Shown: positions 11,396-25,029, counted from the stretch's first letter. The stretch is 64,000 nt of DNA from Vitrella brassicaformis CCMP3155 (GCA_001179505.1 CDMY01000416.1:18537-82536), one strand, 5' to 3'. Notes: generated by a model from the letters alone, not told the origin. Numbers and translations are program-made.

Positions 11396-14300
11396 ATGGA
11401 CGGAGCATCGCCACAAGACCGCGAGAGCGGCCGCGGAGCCGCGGACACGGCCAAAGAGGTGCAGCAGGAGGATGGTGCGAGGCGCGAGAGGCTCCATGTG
11501 TTGGATTCGGTGTCTGGTACGAGTCAGCTGCACCAGCTGTCGGGCATGAGCCAGCTGCCGCCTGAGGATGACAGTCCCAAGGGCGGCAGTCCGCACAACG
11601 AGAAGGACGAACCCATGCATCCTGCGGCATCGGCAGTGCAAGACCACCAGCACCAGCCCAAACCCACAATTGCAGATGTGACGAGGCCGGCCATTCCACC
11701 TGTCGGCGAGGTCTCGCAAGGCGCCTTCCCCCTTCCCGGCCAAGAGGCGTCCGTGGACCTCACTGCGGTCCAGGCGGGCTTTGTGCAGCCGCAGGACAAC
11801 GGCGTTCCCAGCTACGGATTTCCTCCCATGGCGGCCCCTATCGTGGTCAAGGAGGAGGTCCCATCGTCCCCCGAGCAGCAGCGAGCCATTCCGTCCTCCT
11901 CTGCCAGCGGCCCCCACACAGGCGCCCCGTCCGAGTCCATGTACGCCCAGATCCTCGCCCGTGTGCTGCTTCGTGAGCTCAAGGAGAAGATGGGCGACCC
12001 CCAGCCCAAGTCACACACACCGCAGATCCAAATCAACCTCAAGACGCGGCCCGAATGCTTCGTGGTGAGGGCCGAGAACCTGTCCGAGGAGCAGGCGGCC
12101 AACTCCCCCCCGCCCACCACACACCCCCTGCACCCCCAAGGCGTCTTCAGGGCGCTGCGCGCGGCGGTGCATGACAAGAACATGCGAGCAGCGGCTTTGG
12201 GCCTGCCCATGTGGAGCGGCTATGGGGAGATCATCGATGGGGGCGATGATGATATGGGTGGGAGTCGGGATGGCGGGGACAGTGACCTGGACATGTGTGA
12301 GGTGCCGCACGGGCGAGGTGGCGAGGAGGGGGCGGGGNNNNNNNNNNNNNNNNNNNNNNNNNNNNNNNNNNNNNNNNNNNNNNNNNNNNNNNNNNNNNNN
12401 NNNNNNNNNNNNNNNNNNNNNNNNNNNNNNNNNNNNNNNNNNNNNNNNNNNNNNNNNNNNNNNNNNNNNNNNNNNNNNNNNNNNNNNNNNNNNNNNNNNN
12501 NNNNNNNNNNNNNNNNNNNNNNNNNNNNNNNNNNNNNNNNNNNNNNNNNNNNNNNNNNNNNNNNNNNNNNNNNNNNNNNNNNNNNNNNNNNNNNNNNNNN
12601 NNNNNNNNNNNNNNNNNNNNNNNNNNNNNNNNNNNNNGACAAACAAAACAAAAAGAACAGACGGTGAGTGAGTGGGTGGGTGGGTGGGTGGTGGGCTGGT
12701 TGGTGGGGGTGGTGTGGGAGAGAGAGAGAGGCAGTGCCACAAACGATCAACAGCCACATGTTCGTCGCTTCTTTTCTCCTTCCTTCTTTCTTTGTCGCAT
12801 ATACATATCAGGCTTCGCAAGAAGTCATCCAAGAAGCGTGACGGCTTCCCTGTGCCCCTACCGGGCAGCGCCAGCATCCAGCAGGCGTATGAGACATTCG
12901 CCTTCGCCACGGGCCCCAACCCACTCCTCGCAAAGGAGGAGTCATACGCCTTTCCCCCACTCCCCCAGCAGCCCGGCGACGACCAGGCAGGAGCCATCGA
13001 GGGCGCCGGGGACGACCTGCTGCTCGACACACACCCGGGGGGACGGCCTGTGGGTTTGGGTGAGGAGTGGGAGGGCGACTCGTCGCCGACGGGTATCGGG
13101 GCGGGGAGCGTGGCTAGCGGGGAGATGATGCCTCCCGAGGAGACGGAGCGTATCAAGAAGATGGTGCAGGATATCAGCGAGAAGCTCAAGCCGCTGCTGC
13201 CGCCCAGCCCGCCCCAGACCCCCCGGCTCATCATGAAGCTCCTGTGGGACCAGGAGACCAACAAACTCATCCCCCAGTACCTCTACAAGTGGGTGCAGGC
13301 CGCCGGCCACCCCTTCCGCATCTCGTCGGCGGCAGAGGTGCCCCTCGTCATGCGCCAGATCATCGCCACGCGCAACCTGTTGGCGCAGAAGCTGGGGCAG
13401 CCGCTGATTGAGGGCTACGAGGGGGTGCTGAGTCAGTTCGAGGCGCAGGCGGACGGCTCGGCGCGGCCGCGGCGTGCGGCAAGGATGGAGCCGCCCCTGG
13501 AGCTGTCCATGGACTACCCCCTCAAGCCAGCGGACATCAACAAGGTCCGCATATACGACACGAGAGGGAAACACACCACCCTCCCCATCTCTGCTCCATC
13601 TGTTCCTTCCATCCATCTCTGCAGGTAGCGACAGTGTTGTTGAAGCAGTTGGAGGACGCGTACGGGAAGGAGAATTCGCACCGGATGGCGTCGGAGGGCT
13701 CGCTGTTCCCCTTTGGCGTGGCCTGGGACCCGCACCGGTACAGAGTGCGGTGGAAGACCGGCCATGGACGACTCCGCAAGCACTTCGAGAAACGCGTGTC
13801 CAAGCGCAAGGGCGGCAGGGGACTCAGGGAGGCTATCAAGGTGGGTGACCATGCACACACACACAGAGGGAGGGAGGGAGGGAGGGAGGGAGGAGGGAGG
13901 GAGGAGGGAGAAGGCGTATGTGCACATGGCTGTGGATGGATGTGTGTGTGTGTGTGTGTGGTGATCAGGTTGCGTTGACGAGCCGGAACTTGTGGGCGTC
14001 ATCGGACAATCTCCCCGTGTTGCAGCACTACCACGACATACTCTCGCAGAACTTCAAGTACACACGCACTCACACACCGACAACACCCATAGGCCACGCC
14101 CATCACATCTGTGTGTATCCATGTGTGTGTCTGACGTGTCCGTCCGATCGACAATCAGCGACCTTCTGCAGCAGTGGGAGCCGTCGATGACCAAGTCCGC
14201 CCAGGGCTCTGGCACGGCCGATGAAGACGACATGTACAACAGCCCTCCCTTCCCACAGCATGGCCCCTTCGTGCCCTACACGCCCGGCGTCCTTCCCCTC

Positions 14301-15869
14301 GACCCCCGCCCCCCTCCCCCCCTCACCATCCACCGCCACATGGACCACCACCGCAAGCCCCTCAGCGGCGGCCGCCAGCGGCCCCAGCGGGCCACCAGCT
14401 GGGCCGGCATGGAGCGCAAACACGACACTGACGACGGTGCCAACGAATATAGCCACCTCCACCACCTCAACGACCCATCCCTGTCGGCCATGGCGATGGG
14501 CGTGGGTATGGAGGAGGCGCGAAGGGCGGCTGGCGGCCAGGAATGCGGTCTCGTGCCGTCCGACCTCTTGAGGGAGTTGCAGCCTGATGCCGTTCTCCAT
14601 GGCATGCACCACCACGCATCGCCGTCAGCAGCAGCAGCAGCAGCCGGAGGGGCCGCAGCGGGGAGCAGTGGCGGCCAGAAGCGCAAGGACAAGACGGACA
14701 AGGAGGCGAGGCCCAAGAAACGATCCAAAAAGGGCGGCAAGGCCAGCCATCCCGAGGCAATGGCGGGCAGTGTGGTAGTCAAGCAGGAGGACGGCGGCGG
14801 CGGCGAGCAGGCCGCGATGGACCAGGAGGGCCTTTGTATCGAGGGGGAGGGGGAGGGGGCGGGGGTGGGTGAGGGCAGCCAGGTGAATGATGTGCAGCAG
14901 CCCACTGACGGTGACAAGTACAAATCTGGCTTCAAAGGCGTCAGCTGGAACAAGCGTGAGCAGCCAGCCAGCCAACGAATCACCGACACGCATGCGGCCG
15001 GAGCGATGAATCCATCTATGTGTCGTGTGTGGTGCGTGGCGCGTTGTGTCCACAGGTATGCAGGCGTGGCTGGCCTTTTGGACGGAGAGGGGCACCCGCC
15101 GGAGCAAGACATTCTCACCGCGGCATGTCGGCGCCGAGGTGAGCACACACACACAACGCATAACACACAACAGGATATGGGTGTATCTGTCTCTGTCTCC
15201 ACTCTGTGGCTGCCTCAGGAGGCGCGGCTGCAGGCGATAGAGTTTCTGAAGGGCAAGCGCGAGGAGGCGGGCAGCAGCACACCCGACACCAGCAGCCACC
15301 CCCAACCCAAGAAGCGCGCATCCTCACGCCAAAGCCACCCAAACAACAAGCAGGCCCTCATCCGCACCTCCACCCTCCAATCCACCGAAGACGGCTCGAT
15401 GCTCGCCCCAGACGACCAACACATCAACCACCAGCAACAGCAGCAGCAGCAGGTGATTCCACCGATGCATCCCATCCCCCCACTCCCGATGCAGCAGCAC
15501 CCCCCACACCCCTTCATGCCCGTCGTCCCGATGCCCATGGTGCCAATCGACTTCGGCTTCATGCACCAGCACCAGCACCAGCACCAGCAGCAGGAGCAGC
15601 AGCAGCAACAGGGCCAGCAGGGCGGTGAGGATATGCTGCTGGAGAACGCTGACGATGGCGAAGCTGAGGGTGAAGGAGATGGCTGTGAGGGTGAGGCTCA
15701 TGCGGCTGCTGGCCTGGAGGGGCTGGCTGAGGCGGCCGCTGCCTTCGGGCTGGCTGGGGCGGCCGCTGCCTTCGAGGAGGGCGGGGAGGACCATGAAATG
15801 GGCATGCGGGCGGTGGGGGTGGGGGAGGATACCACCGGGGCAACGGCGGAGCGGAGAGAGGCACACTGA
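11396..15869 (+). CDS. ApiAP2 transcription factor (one canonical and one divergent AP2 domain); gap inside
   Basis: Splicing 14955/15056 and 15138/15219 gives SGFKGVSWNKRMQAWLAFWTERGTRRSKTFSPRHVGAEEARLQAIEFLK, a canonical AP2 domain. Long Gln/Pro/acidic low-complexity flanks. N gap at 12338-12637. Confidence 0.85.
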
Positions 15870-17459
15870 TACGCAACAACACGCAACAACGAGTATGTAC
15901 GCTCTGATAGCGGTCGGTCGTCCTGCAGACAGACAGACAGACAGACAGAGAGGCGTAGATGTGATACCAACCGATTGAGATAGCATCGATCAGTGGAGGG
16001 AGGGAGGGATGTGGCCGGCTGTCATGTCATGTGTTGTCTTGTGTTGTCTTGTGGATGGGATTCTCTGTGGGTGTCCTGTGCGCCTGCTTTTTGTCTGCCT
16101 GCCTGCCTGCCTGCCTGCCTGGCCGTGTGCGTCTGCCCGTCTGTCTGCCTGGCCGTGTGCGTTTGCCTGTGCGCATTCATTGCCGGCCACTGTCCTAATG
16201 CCGTAGCAGCAACAGTGCGGACCAGCTAATTAAGGGAGACACACACACACACACACACAGCAGCCACCTGTAGATATGATACCACCGGTGGATGGATGGA
16301 TGAGAGGAGTGGAGTGGAGACAGGGAGGGAGGGAGAGAGAGAGAGCTTTTCATGCGCTCGGTGACAGGCAAAGATACGGATGGCTGAGTGCACCGCTGAC
16401 CGCGGACCACATAGCAGTTGTCTGACTGACTGGCCGTGTGGGTGTCGGTCTGTCTGTCTGTCGGCATGTACTATGGCTGGCTGGCTGCGTGCATAGGGAC
16501 ATTCCCGCGTCGATGGCTGGATGGATGGCTGGCTGGCTGGATGGCTGGAATGGACAGACGAAAGGACCAAAGGTGGGGCAGGGCTGGGCGAACAGTGGCG
16601 CGATCGCCTTAATGCAACACATTACATTCATCCATTCGCCCACTCAGTCGTCCCTTCCTTTGGCTGACGCGCATCAATCGGATGAATATTGTCACTCCAC
16701 TCCCACCCCACACCGTGTCGTGTCGTGTACGCCTGTTTGCACCAAGTAGTGATTGGATTGTACAGACAGCAATTGCAAGCCAGCCTTCGTTGGTCGACTC
16801 AGCGGCACGGACGAGTGGTCAGTCCTCTGTCTCATGTGTGGATACCTAGCGTCCCCTTGGCAGGCAGGCAGGCAGGCAGGCAGGCCGGCTGGCTGGCTGG
16901 CTGGAATTACTCGACTCGCTTCGCGAGACAATCTCACACACGGACATACACAGACGACACACGTGAGAGGAAAAGGAGGATGGAGAAATGCACACCACAC
17001 GGCGGCCGGACGCAGAAATTGATGGCCCAACAGACAGACAGACAGACAGATAGACAGATAATGGCCTGCCTGCGTGCCTGCCTGCCTCGCTGAGCCGACT
17101 CTCTCTTCCTTGTGTGGTTGTTACTGCACAGCACTGAGGCAGACGAGAGGGAGGGAGGGAGGAAGGAACGAATCAAGGGACCGACCAATGAAGCAATGAA
17201 CCAACCAGCAAGTGAGCGAAGTGCCCCACCCCACCTCTCAATCTCCGATAAACAAACAAGCAACCCACCCCCGCACCCCCTCATTGCCGCCCCGCTCCCT
17301 CTCAATCGACCGACCCATCATTGAATGCAAAATCGATTACAGACATGACTGACATACATACCCGACTGACTGACTCATCTCTACACTACACCACACCAGA
17401 CAACAGACAGACAGACAGACAGACGGACAGACAGACCCACGCCTTAACCATCCCTCTCT

Positions 17460-20400
17460 CTACACGCGCGCCTCTGCCCCCTTGTGCGTCTCCACCCCCA
17501 CCCCCACTCCTTCGTCCTGCCCCGTGTCATCCACCAGCGGCTCGCTCGTGTCCTCCATCGGAATCTCGTCAGGCAGCTTCTCGTGCGACGGGGGCGGCTG
17601 GTCCATTATCAAAGGCGACGCCTGAGCAGGCATCTTGACGGCAGACGATGCCGCTGCGCCAGCAGCTGCGGCGGCGGCAGACGCAGGAGAAGTGGCGGTT
17701 GCGGCCTGTAGTGTGGCTGCTGCGGGGTGGTCGAGGTCGTCCTCCGTGTCCGAGGGGTAGAAGAAGGGGTCGGTGTTGTCCTCGGAGGATCGCACATTCC
17801 GGGCGCTGTTGAGGAGCTTGTCGATGTCAGCCAGGCCGGTCTCCACCGAGTTGATCACACGAGTCAACTGGTCAGCTGAATATATGCCGAACGGAGCACA
17901 GCGGCAGAGGGGTCTGTGTGTGTGTCTGTGTGTGGGTGGTATGTGCGGCCACTGACCCATATTCGCGTGTTCGGTATCGTGTGAGAAGGTACCTTCCAGC
18001 GGGGGCAGGGGAGGTTGCTGAACACACACAGAGAGAGAACACGCAAGTGATTGATCACATCCCATCACACACACACACACAGTTGCTGTCTGTGGTGCTT
18101 TACCGAGACACTTCTGTCGACCAGAGACGCCAGGCTCGCGGCCGCAGCACACAGCTGACTGCAACACAACACAACACAACAGAATACACATTGCACACAG
18201 CAGGCAGGCAGGCACAGAGCGATATCCGCCTGTCCGTCCGTCCGTCTGGCTAGGCAGCCTGTCCCTCCCTGTGCTGTGTCCGGTTGTGTGCGTACGTCTG
18301 TTGCATTTGTGTGATTTGTCTGAGCAGCTTGAGTTCGCTCTCCATCTTAGTGGCGCGGCGCAGCAGCGCATCACGGTCCATCCGCACCTTGTGCGCCTCA
18401 CTGGCACACAAACACACACACACGGACACGCACTCACACACACCGATGCGGCACCAACGCTTCTTATGCGTCTGTCTGTCTCCCCCACCCACCCGCCGAT
18501 GAGTCCGTGGTCTCGTTCCTCCTTCTCTGCTTCCTCGGCCGGGGCCTTGCCTGATCGCACGCCACGCCCACGCACGGACACACAGATGTGTGTATGTGTA
18601 TGTGTGTGTGGCTTGCCTTGCTGTGCCTCGGCCGCCTCGGGGCTTCGCTCACTCTCCGCCTCAGCGGCAGCACGCTTGCGAGCTGACAGACAGACAGACA
18701 AAGGGTCGTGTTGTGTGTGTCTTGGGGAGGGGAGGGCGAGAGGGGATGGGAAGGGCTGTTCACCTTCTTCCTTGACGGTTTCTCTGAGTTGTTTGAGGTT
18801 GTCCTTGAGGTCTTTCTCCTCCCGCCTCAGCTCGTCGAGTCGGCTCTGCGCCTCCTGCAGGCTGGCCTCGCGCATCTCCAGCCCAGACACTGCCGCAACC
18901 TCCTCAGCAGCCTCACCCTCGGGCTCGGCGGCCTGGCACAGACAGACGGTCGTAGACAGACAAGAGCTTGTGTGTTGTCGATGATGTGGTGTGCTGTGGT
19001 GGGATGGTTGATGTGCACACCTGTGTGGGCTCGGATATGTCCTGGGGCATGTGTGTCATGGTGATGGACCGGGCCCACAGCAGCAGCACAGGGGGGATCT
19101 CACGGTGGGAGGACAACTCAAACCACTCACGCAACTGACACACACACACACACACAGACAGACAGACAGACAGACAGGGAGGTCACACAGCGATTCGTCC
19201 ACTCAGCCACCCTTGCACCTGTTCTCTCATCTCATCGTCGCTGATTCCGTAGAAGCGCATAGCTCTGGCCTTGCAAGCCTCGATGAGCTCCTCGTGTGTG
19301 AGGTTCTCCACCCCCTCCCACATCATCTCACGGTCCTCCCGCTTGAGCTGCAGCAGGTGGTGCCGCAGCTGCAGCACCACGTGCGTCTGCAGACCGTACG
19401 GCTCGATGCCCAGCATCCGACAGATCACCTGCACACACGCCAGTCAGTCAGTCACCACACCACACACACACACATACATATGGGGAGGGAGAGGGAGAGG
19501 GAGAGGGAGAGGGAGGGGAATGCGGTCACCTTGAGCGATTCGGCGGACATCTTCTCGAGGTTGAATTCGTCCTTGAAGAGCTTGGCGAACTGCAACACCT
19601 CCTTCACGCTGAGGGAGGGACCGATCAAGGTGGAGCGAGAGGGACAGACACACAGACAGACAGATGACGGAAACCCACAACAAGAGGCGCAAGCCTGCCT
19701 GCCTGCCTCAACGCATCCATCCTCCGTGCCCACCTGAGGAAAGGGCTCTCTGACTCGTCTCGCGTGATGAGCTTCTCCTGGAAGCCGCGCAGCACCCCAG
19801 CCTTGTCGCGATGGCTGTGGTCAGGCGCCTCTGACACACACACACACACACACACCCCAAGCGGATGAATGAATGGACGGCGAAGCGGCACACCCCAAGC
19901 GGATGAATGAATGGACGGCGAAGCGGTAGCCTAGCCTGCACTCTCACTCTCTCTCTCTCTCTTTCTCACCGAGGATGGATTTGGTTCTCTCGTTGACGAT
20001 TTCCTGGAAGAAGTTGGCCAGTTCCTGCTTGGCCTTGAGCTTCCGGGAGAGGTATGCGCTGTCGTACTGCTTTTCGAAGAAGGTCGACGGCAGCATGTTG
20101 GGGAAGAGCCGCAGGGCGAAGGGCAGGGCCAGCTCGCCGAGTGGGATGATGATGAAGAGGGAGAAGGGGATGAGCTTGAACATGTCGGTGGTCGTCCGCA
20201 CCAGCAGCTTGTGCTCGCGGTAGGACAGCGGCAGCCCCGTGAGCTTCTTCTTGACGAGCTGCGTCGACACCCGGATGTTGGCCACGAACAGGGCGAACCC
20301 CGTGTAGACCCACTTACACCAGTGGATAGTCTCCTTCTTGATGTCGTGCCACCACTTGATCAGCACACGGGGGTCGCGACGCACCTGCAGCACCATGCCC

Positions 20401-20831
20401 CACACCACCTTGCCCAAGTCAACCGTCCACTTGACCGCCGCCGCCGTCTGCTTCTTGACCCAACTCGCCGCCGACACCACGCTCAGCTGACTCGTCTTGA
20501 CCGGCGGGCCGTAGACAGCCTTTGTCATCCCGTAGGGCACTGTCGTGCTGTACAGCGAGTACCGTCGCAGCGTCTGCCACCATAGCACCCAACTCTCCTC
20601 CTTTTCAGCTGTCCGCGGCAGCCAGTGGACGTCACGCGACAGCCATGATGAGTTCCTCGGCTCCTGGGGCTGATTGCTGGTGCTGGAGTGGCGCACAAGC
20701 ACCAGTGCGGCGTAGCTGGGAGACGATGGGATACATGCCTGCCGCAGGAGGCTTCTGGACAAGACGCCGGGCCGTCTGAGGACCGCTGCACCCACTTGGC
20801 GCGTGAAGGAGCGGGCGATGATGGAGCTCAT
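17460..20831 (-). CDS. LETM1: LETM1/Mdm38-family mitochondrial inner-membrane protein
   Basis: Arg/Ser-rich presequence, then REHKLLVRTTTDMFKLIPFSLFIIIPLGELALPFALRLFPNMLPSTF, and later exons VKEVLQFAKLFKDEFNLEKMS, ICRMLGIEPYG and DREMMWEGVENLTHEELIEACKARAM, all LETM1 hallmarks. 3' exons are approximate. Confidence 0.93.
19851..19926. repeat. 38-bp perfect tandem duplication in LETM1 intron 1
   Basis: CACACCCCAAGCGGATGAATGAATGGACGGCGAAGCGG occurs twice in tandem. Confidence 0.85.
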
Positions 20832-21269
20832 GGCTGGCAGCTGCTTGCCGTTGCTCGGCAGCCTTCGTAGCCTGAGATTTCCCTGACCTTCTTCTCTTGG
20901 CTGCTAGCTTAGCTTGCATACGGCGCGAGCTTTTTGTCGGCCGCTCCGGATCTGGCCTCAGCGCCAGGCATACAGCTGCAGAGATGCACGTGGCACCAGG
21001 TGAGGGCAAATAATGGACAAACGATGTATGTACCTTTTTCACTTCTTCAGCCAGCAACTGGCCAACTAGTGCTTGTGGATGCCTGTGGCTGACTGATGTC
21101 TGTAGGCGCCGTGAACTGACATTTGGGAGATCTTGGGCTTGCCCTGACGCCTATAGATGCGATGCCGCTGCTTTTAAAAGGCTGCCACGTACGCTGGAAA
21201 TACATCGACGAGGGCGAGCAGAGTGGGCGAGCCCGAAGTCGCCTCATTTGTGTATGTGTTGTGCCGCAG

Positions 21270-21985
21270 GTGATGGCCTCGAGATCGCTGCAAGCGTGTG
21301 ACAATGTCTGACATAGACCGGTGCGAGGCGGTGGGCCGCCCGATGGGTTCGCGAGCGTTAATGCCATCAGCTTGTACGGCTTCCCCGCGGCAGCTCGAGC
21401 CGCACCTCGCGGCACAAAACGATGCAGCTGGTCTGGGCAATCATTCGCCGAACATTCAGCGACCCGTACGCCGTGACGGACCTCACTCGCCAGGGAGCTG
21501 ATCCGAACTGCAGCCCAGAACTGCATCAGACCGGCAGCGGCGAATGGCGAGCCTATCCGTTGCTGTGTCTGGCGATTGACAATTTCACCCCCTGCGTGCC
21601 GATCGTGAAGACAGGCGATACCTCGCGGCCCGTCGCGTTGCCGAGGTGGTCGAGGCCTCAGCTTGAGAGGGACGTCCTGGAGAGGGGCGTCCAAGGGGGC
21701 GCTCTTATCAACAGCATCAGCAGCTCTCGTGACATGGAGAGATGGGTCATCACCGCCCTCGTCAACGGTAGCGCGGGCATCAACAGCGGCTATCGTGAGA
21801 GGGCCATGGTCACCTTTAGACAGGGGCATCATGGTGGCAGTGCAGGGGCCGTCGTGGGCAGCGTCGCCAGCGGCCTTCTCGGCCTCAGCCTCGCCCCCAG
21901 CGCAGGCATAGCCGCAGGTGTCGGGAGTGCTGCATTCGGTGCCGGGCTGGGGTGGCAGCTTGGCACAACCGCCGCCAACTGGTAT
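21270..21985 (+). pseudogene. Decayed N-terminal part of the same ankyrin-like family joined to a glycine-zipper-like segment
   Basis: Pieces GDGLEIAASV*(TGA), EAVGRP, DGFASVNAISLYGFP and MQLVWAIIRRTF...LTRQGADPN...YPLLCLAIDN...RPVALPRWS lie in shifting frames. They are followed by GxxxG-rich GSAGAVVGSVASGLLG...GAGLGWQLG. Family assignment is from recollection. Confidence 0.5.
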
Positions 21986-24109
21986 GTCGGTTGGCGATTC
22001 ACCGCAGCGGGTCCGGGCGGCGCATTACGGCGTCCTCGATGTGATTTTATGGTTTGCTGCTTGGTGTCCTCTGCTGTGTTGACTGGCCGACTTGCTCCTC
22101 CGTGGTTTGGATTGACTGGCAAGTGGACAGCCATTTGTATGTATCATGCTGATGAGAGCTGTGCTGCAGTCTGTGCATAGGCATGCAGGGGTGGGAGACT
22201 GAAGGGGAGAGAGAAGGAGGTGGGGCAGTCAGTAGTTTGGCTGATCATGCATGGCTTTCCTTTTCTTCTGTGCGCCGACTCACTCACTCGCTGACTCTCT
22301 AAGCCTGTGTGCAGTGCAAATGGGGGATTCACGATCTGTTCCGTTGATGAGCGTGTGTGTCCGTCCATACCTGCCTTCACACGTATGCGCTCTGGTCTGT
22401 TTTGCCCGGGTTGACTCTTTCAGATGGTGCAAACATGACTGACACACAATATGCACATCAGCAAGTACATCAGTGGTTGCATGCTTGTGCTCTTTGGAAA
22501 GAAAGGAGCCTGGCAAATTTCCGTCTGCAGGCCAGGCAGCACTCCTCTTTAGATAGTGCTCTCCCTACGGGTACGTACAGAGAGAGAGAAAATGAGAGAC
22601 GGAGAGTGAGGTGTCTGTCGTTCTGCGAGTGTGTCTGGCTGGCTGGCTGCCTGGTGCACCAGCACACGAGCAGGCGGCCCTTCGCTGATTTGGGCGCGGC
22701 GCCAAAGCCTTCTGGCCGGAAGAGACGAGACAGACACAGAGAGGTGTAGCAAAGAGGAAGGGACACGTGTCCTGCCTGCCTGCCTGCATGAGAAAAACAG
22801 CGCGTGTGAAAGGAGTGCATGCATGAAGGAGCACGGACAAACAGCCTGTATGTCTGCAGTGCAATGAAAGTCTGTGGCATGCACCTTGTGGGCGCTGCGT
22901 ATGCAAGACTGGCGGTGTCGGTCATGTCATGCATCTCATGCTGTCTACTTACTGACTGTCTACTACTTACAGACAGACAGACAGATGGCCCCACAGGCAC
23001 GAGCCTGTGGGGCCATCTGAGAGAGGGCGACAGGCGCGCTGACGGTGGCACAGCGGCCGGGCATTGTCCACTCGGGATACGAGCGGCACCAGGCGAGTTA
23101 CTTGGGGACGCCCCTCTCCCAGCCGTACTTACTGTGTGTACTGTGTGTGTCTGGATGGATGGACTGATGGTCAGGCTGAGAAGATCCGGTCAGGCTGGCG
23201 TGTGAATCTGGTGGTGTGGGGGCGCAGCTCGGCCGTCCGCAACGACCGGTGTCCGATGTGCCTGGCTTCGCCGCCCCGCGTCTACCGTGTGTGGGGAAGG
23301 AGGGGAGGGCTTCACTGTGTGTGGCGAGGAGGACAGCAGTAAGAGGGTGACAGTGATCGGCACACTTGAATGAGGGAGGGAGTGAGTGAGCCGAGAGGGA
23401 GGGAGTGAACCGAGAGGGAGGCAGGGAGGGACGGCTGGGGGTGTTGATAGGGAGAGGTGCGTGAGCGTGGGAGGGGAGGGAAGACACACACAGTATAGTG
23501 TGGTGTGGTGTGGTGGGGTTCGCTGGCTGACATTTTGCCACAGTGTGGGGTTCTGGAAGGCTAACCAAGTCGAGGCAGGAGAGGGCCCACTCACTCATTC
23601 ATTGACCTGTGCCAGCCAATATAATGTGGTCGGTCGTTCGGAGCGCTTGATGGAAAAGACAAAGGAAACGGTCCATCCATCCGTGGACTGAGTGCAACGC
23701 TGCAGCCAGGCCATGGAAGTGACGTGCGCGGCCAACACCACCCACGCCAGACAGACAGATAGACAGACAGACAGACAGCCGATGGGATCACACAAATCAC
23801 ATAACAAACAAAATGACCATAATTAAAACTCTGTGTGTCCCCCCCTTGTGTTGTGTCAACCCCTCTGTGTCCGTGTGTCTGTGTGTATCCCGCCCGTCTG
23901 AAAGAAATGGTGCACTACTCGGCTATCTAATGCTGCCGTGGTGTGCCGGGGTGCGGTGCGGTGCGGTGTGTGGGCTGCATGGCAAGGGATGGGAGATAAG
24001 GGACACACCACACAACACAACACGTACACACACACGTACACACATGTCACACATATCTTTCGTCGTGTCGCGCGTACCAGTTGGGCTCAATCTAGATATT
24101 GAGAGAGCT

Positions 24110-24895
24110 TCAGTTTCTTCCCTGTCCTGAAGCCTCACTCCGGGATATCATCATCATATTTGTAGTATTTTTGTGTTTATAATCCGTGCCGACCTACAGG
24201 CACACAGGCAGGCAGGCAGGCATGAAAACACACAAACAACGCTGACTGGACTGACGATTGATGTTCTTTGTCTGTATGGCATGCGTGATCCCTCCCTTAC
24301 GTACGATGAGGTAGTAGAGACTTTTGTCAAAATCTCCTGTTCTGTTGCGTCCTTTGAACCTTCTGGCGCTGAAGAGGCATGCCTGATCTTGCTCGGGGCG
24401 GTGACCTCTACCAGCTGGCCAGAACCTTCCCCCCGCACAGCCGTGGCCATCTCCCTCGGAAACTAAACCTAGTAGTACCCACAACATCACACATCCATCT
24501 ATCGGCTGTTGGTTCGCAACGAGATGGTGCTCCACCCACAAGGTAGCATTCCGTCAGCCCGCTGGAAACACACACGATGGGCACAGACACATACCAGGAG
24601 AGATCTGTCCATCCATCCATCCATCCATTTCCCCTACCCGACGGCGAATTCTCCGCCGATCGTGCAGTCCTCCCCCTCGCAGGCGTCTGCATCTGCATCT
24701 GCACATCCATCCATCCATTCCGCCACTCACATGGAGGGGATCCGTCCATCGGATCTCACTCCGCCTCACTCCGCCTTGGCGTCTGGACTTACCGAGGCCG
24801 TGTTCGGTGTGGATCTCTTCGCCCGCCGCCAATGGGCCGCAGAGGGCAATGAGCGCAAAGAGCAACGCCAACATCGCAGATCTGCCCGCCATCAT
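24110..24895 (-). CDS. Small secreted Cys-rich hypothetical protein (5 exons)
   Basis: Signal peptide MLALLFALIALCGPLAAG. GT-AG exons join in frame: ...HTEHGL|DACEGEDCTIGGEFAV|GGLTECYLVGGAPSRCEPTADRWMCDVV|VSEGDGHGCAGGRFWP...ACLFSARRF...KSLYYLI|VGTDYKHKN...GQGRN*. Confidence 0.6.
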
Positions 24896-25029
24896 TTTCT
24901 CGCGCTACCATTCTCGGGACGTTCGATGGCCAGGAAGCTGTTGTAAACAGCCCTGTGCGAGCTCTCTTGAGGGGGTGGGGACCATTAGGCATGGATGGAT
25001 GGATGGATGGATGGATGTGGTTGCAGGAT

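Noticed and set aside
16000-17400. Many 60-130-aa ORFs (TDRQTDRQ, CVCVCV, WMDGWMD types) here and at 22-24, 35-37 and 39-40 kb
   Set aside because: They are translations of (ACAG)n, (GT)n and (GGAT)n microsatellites.
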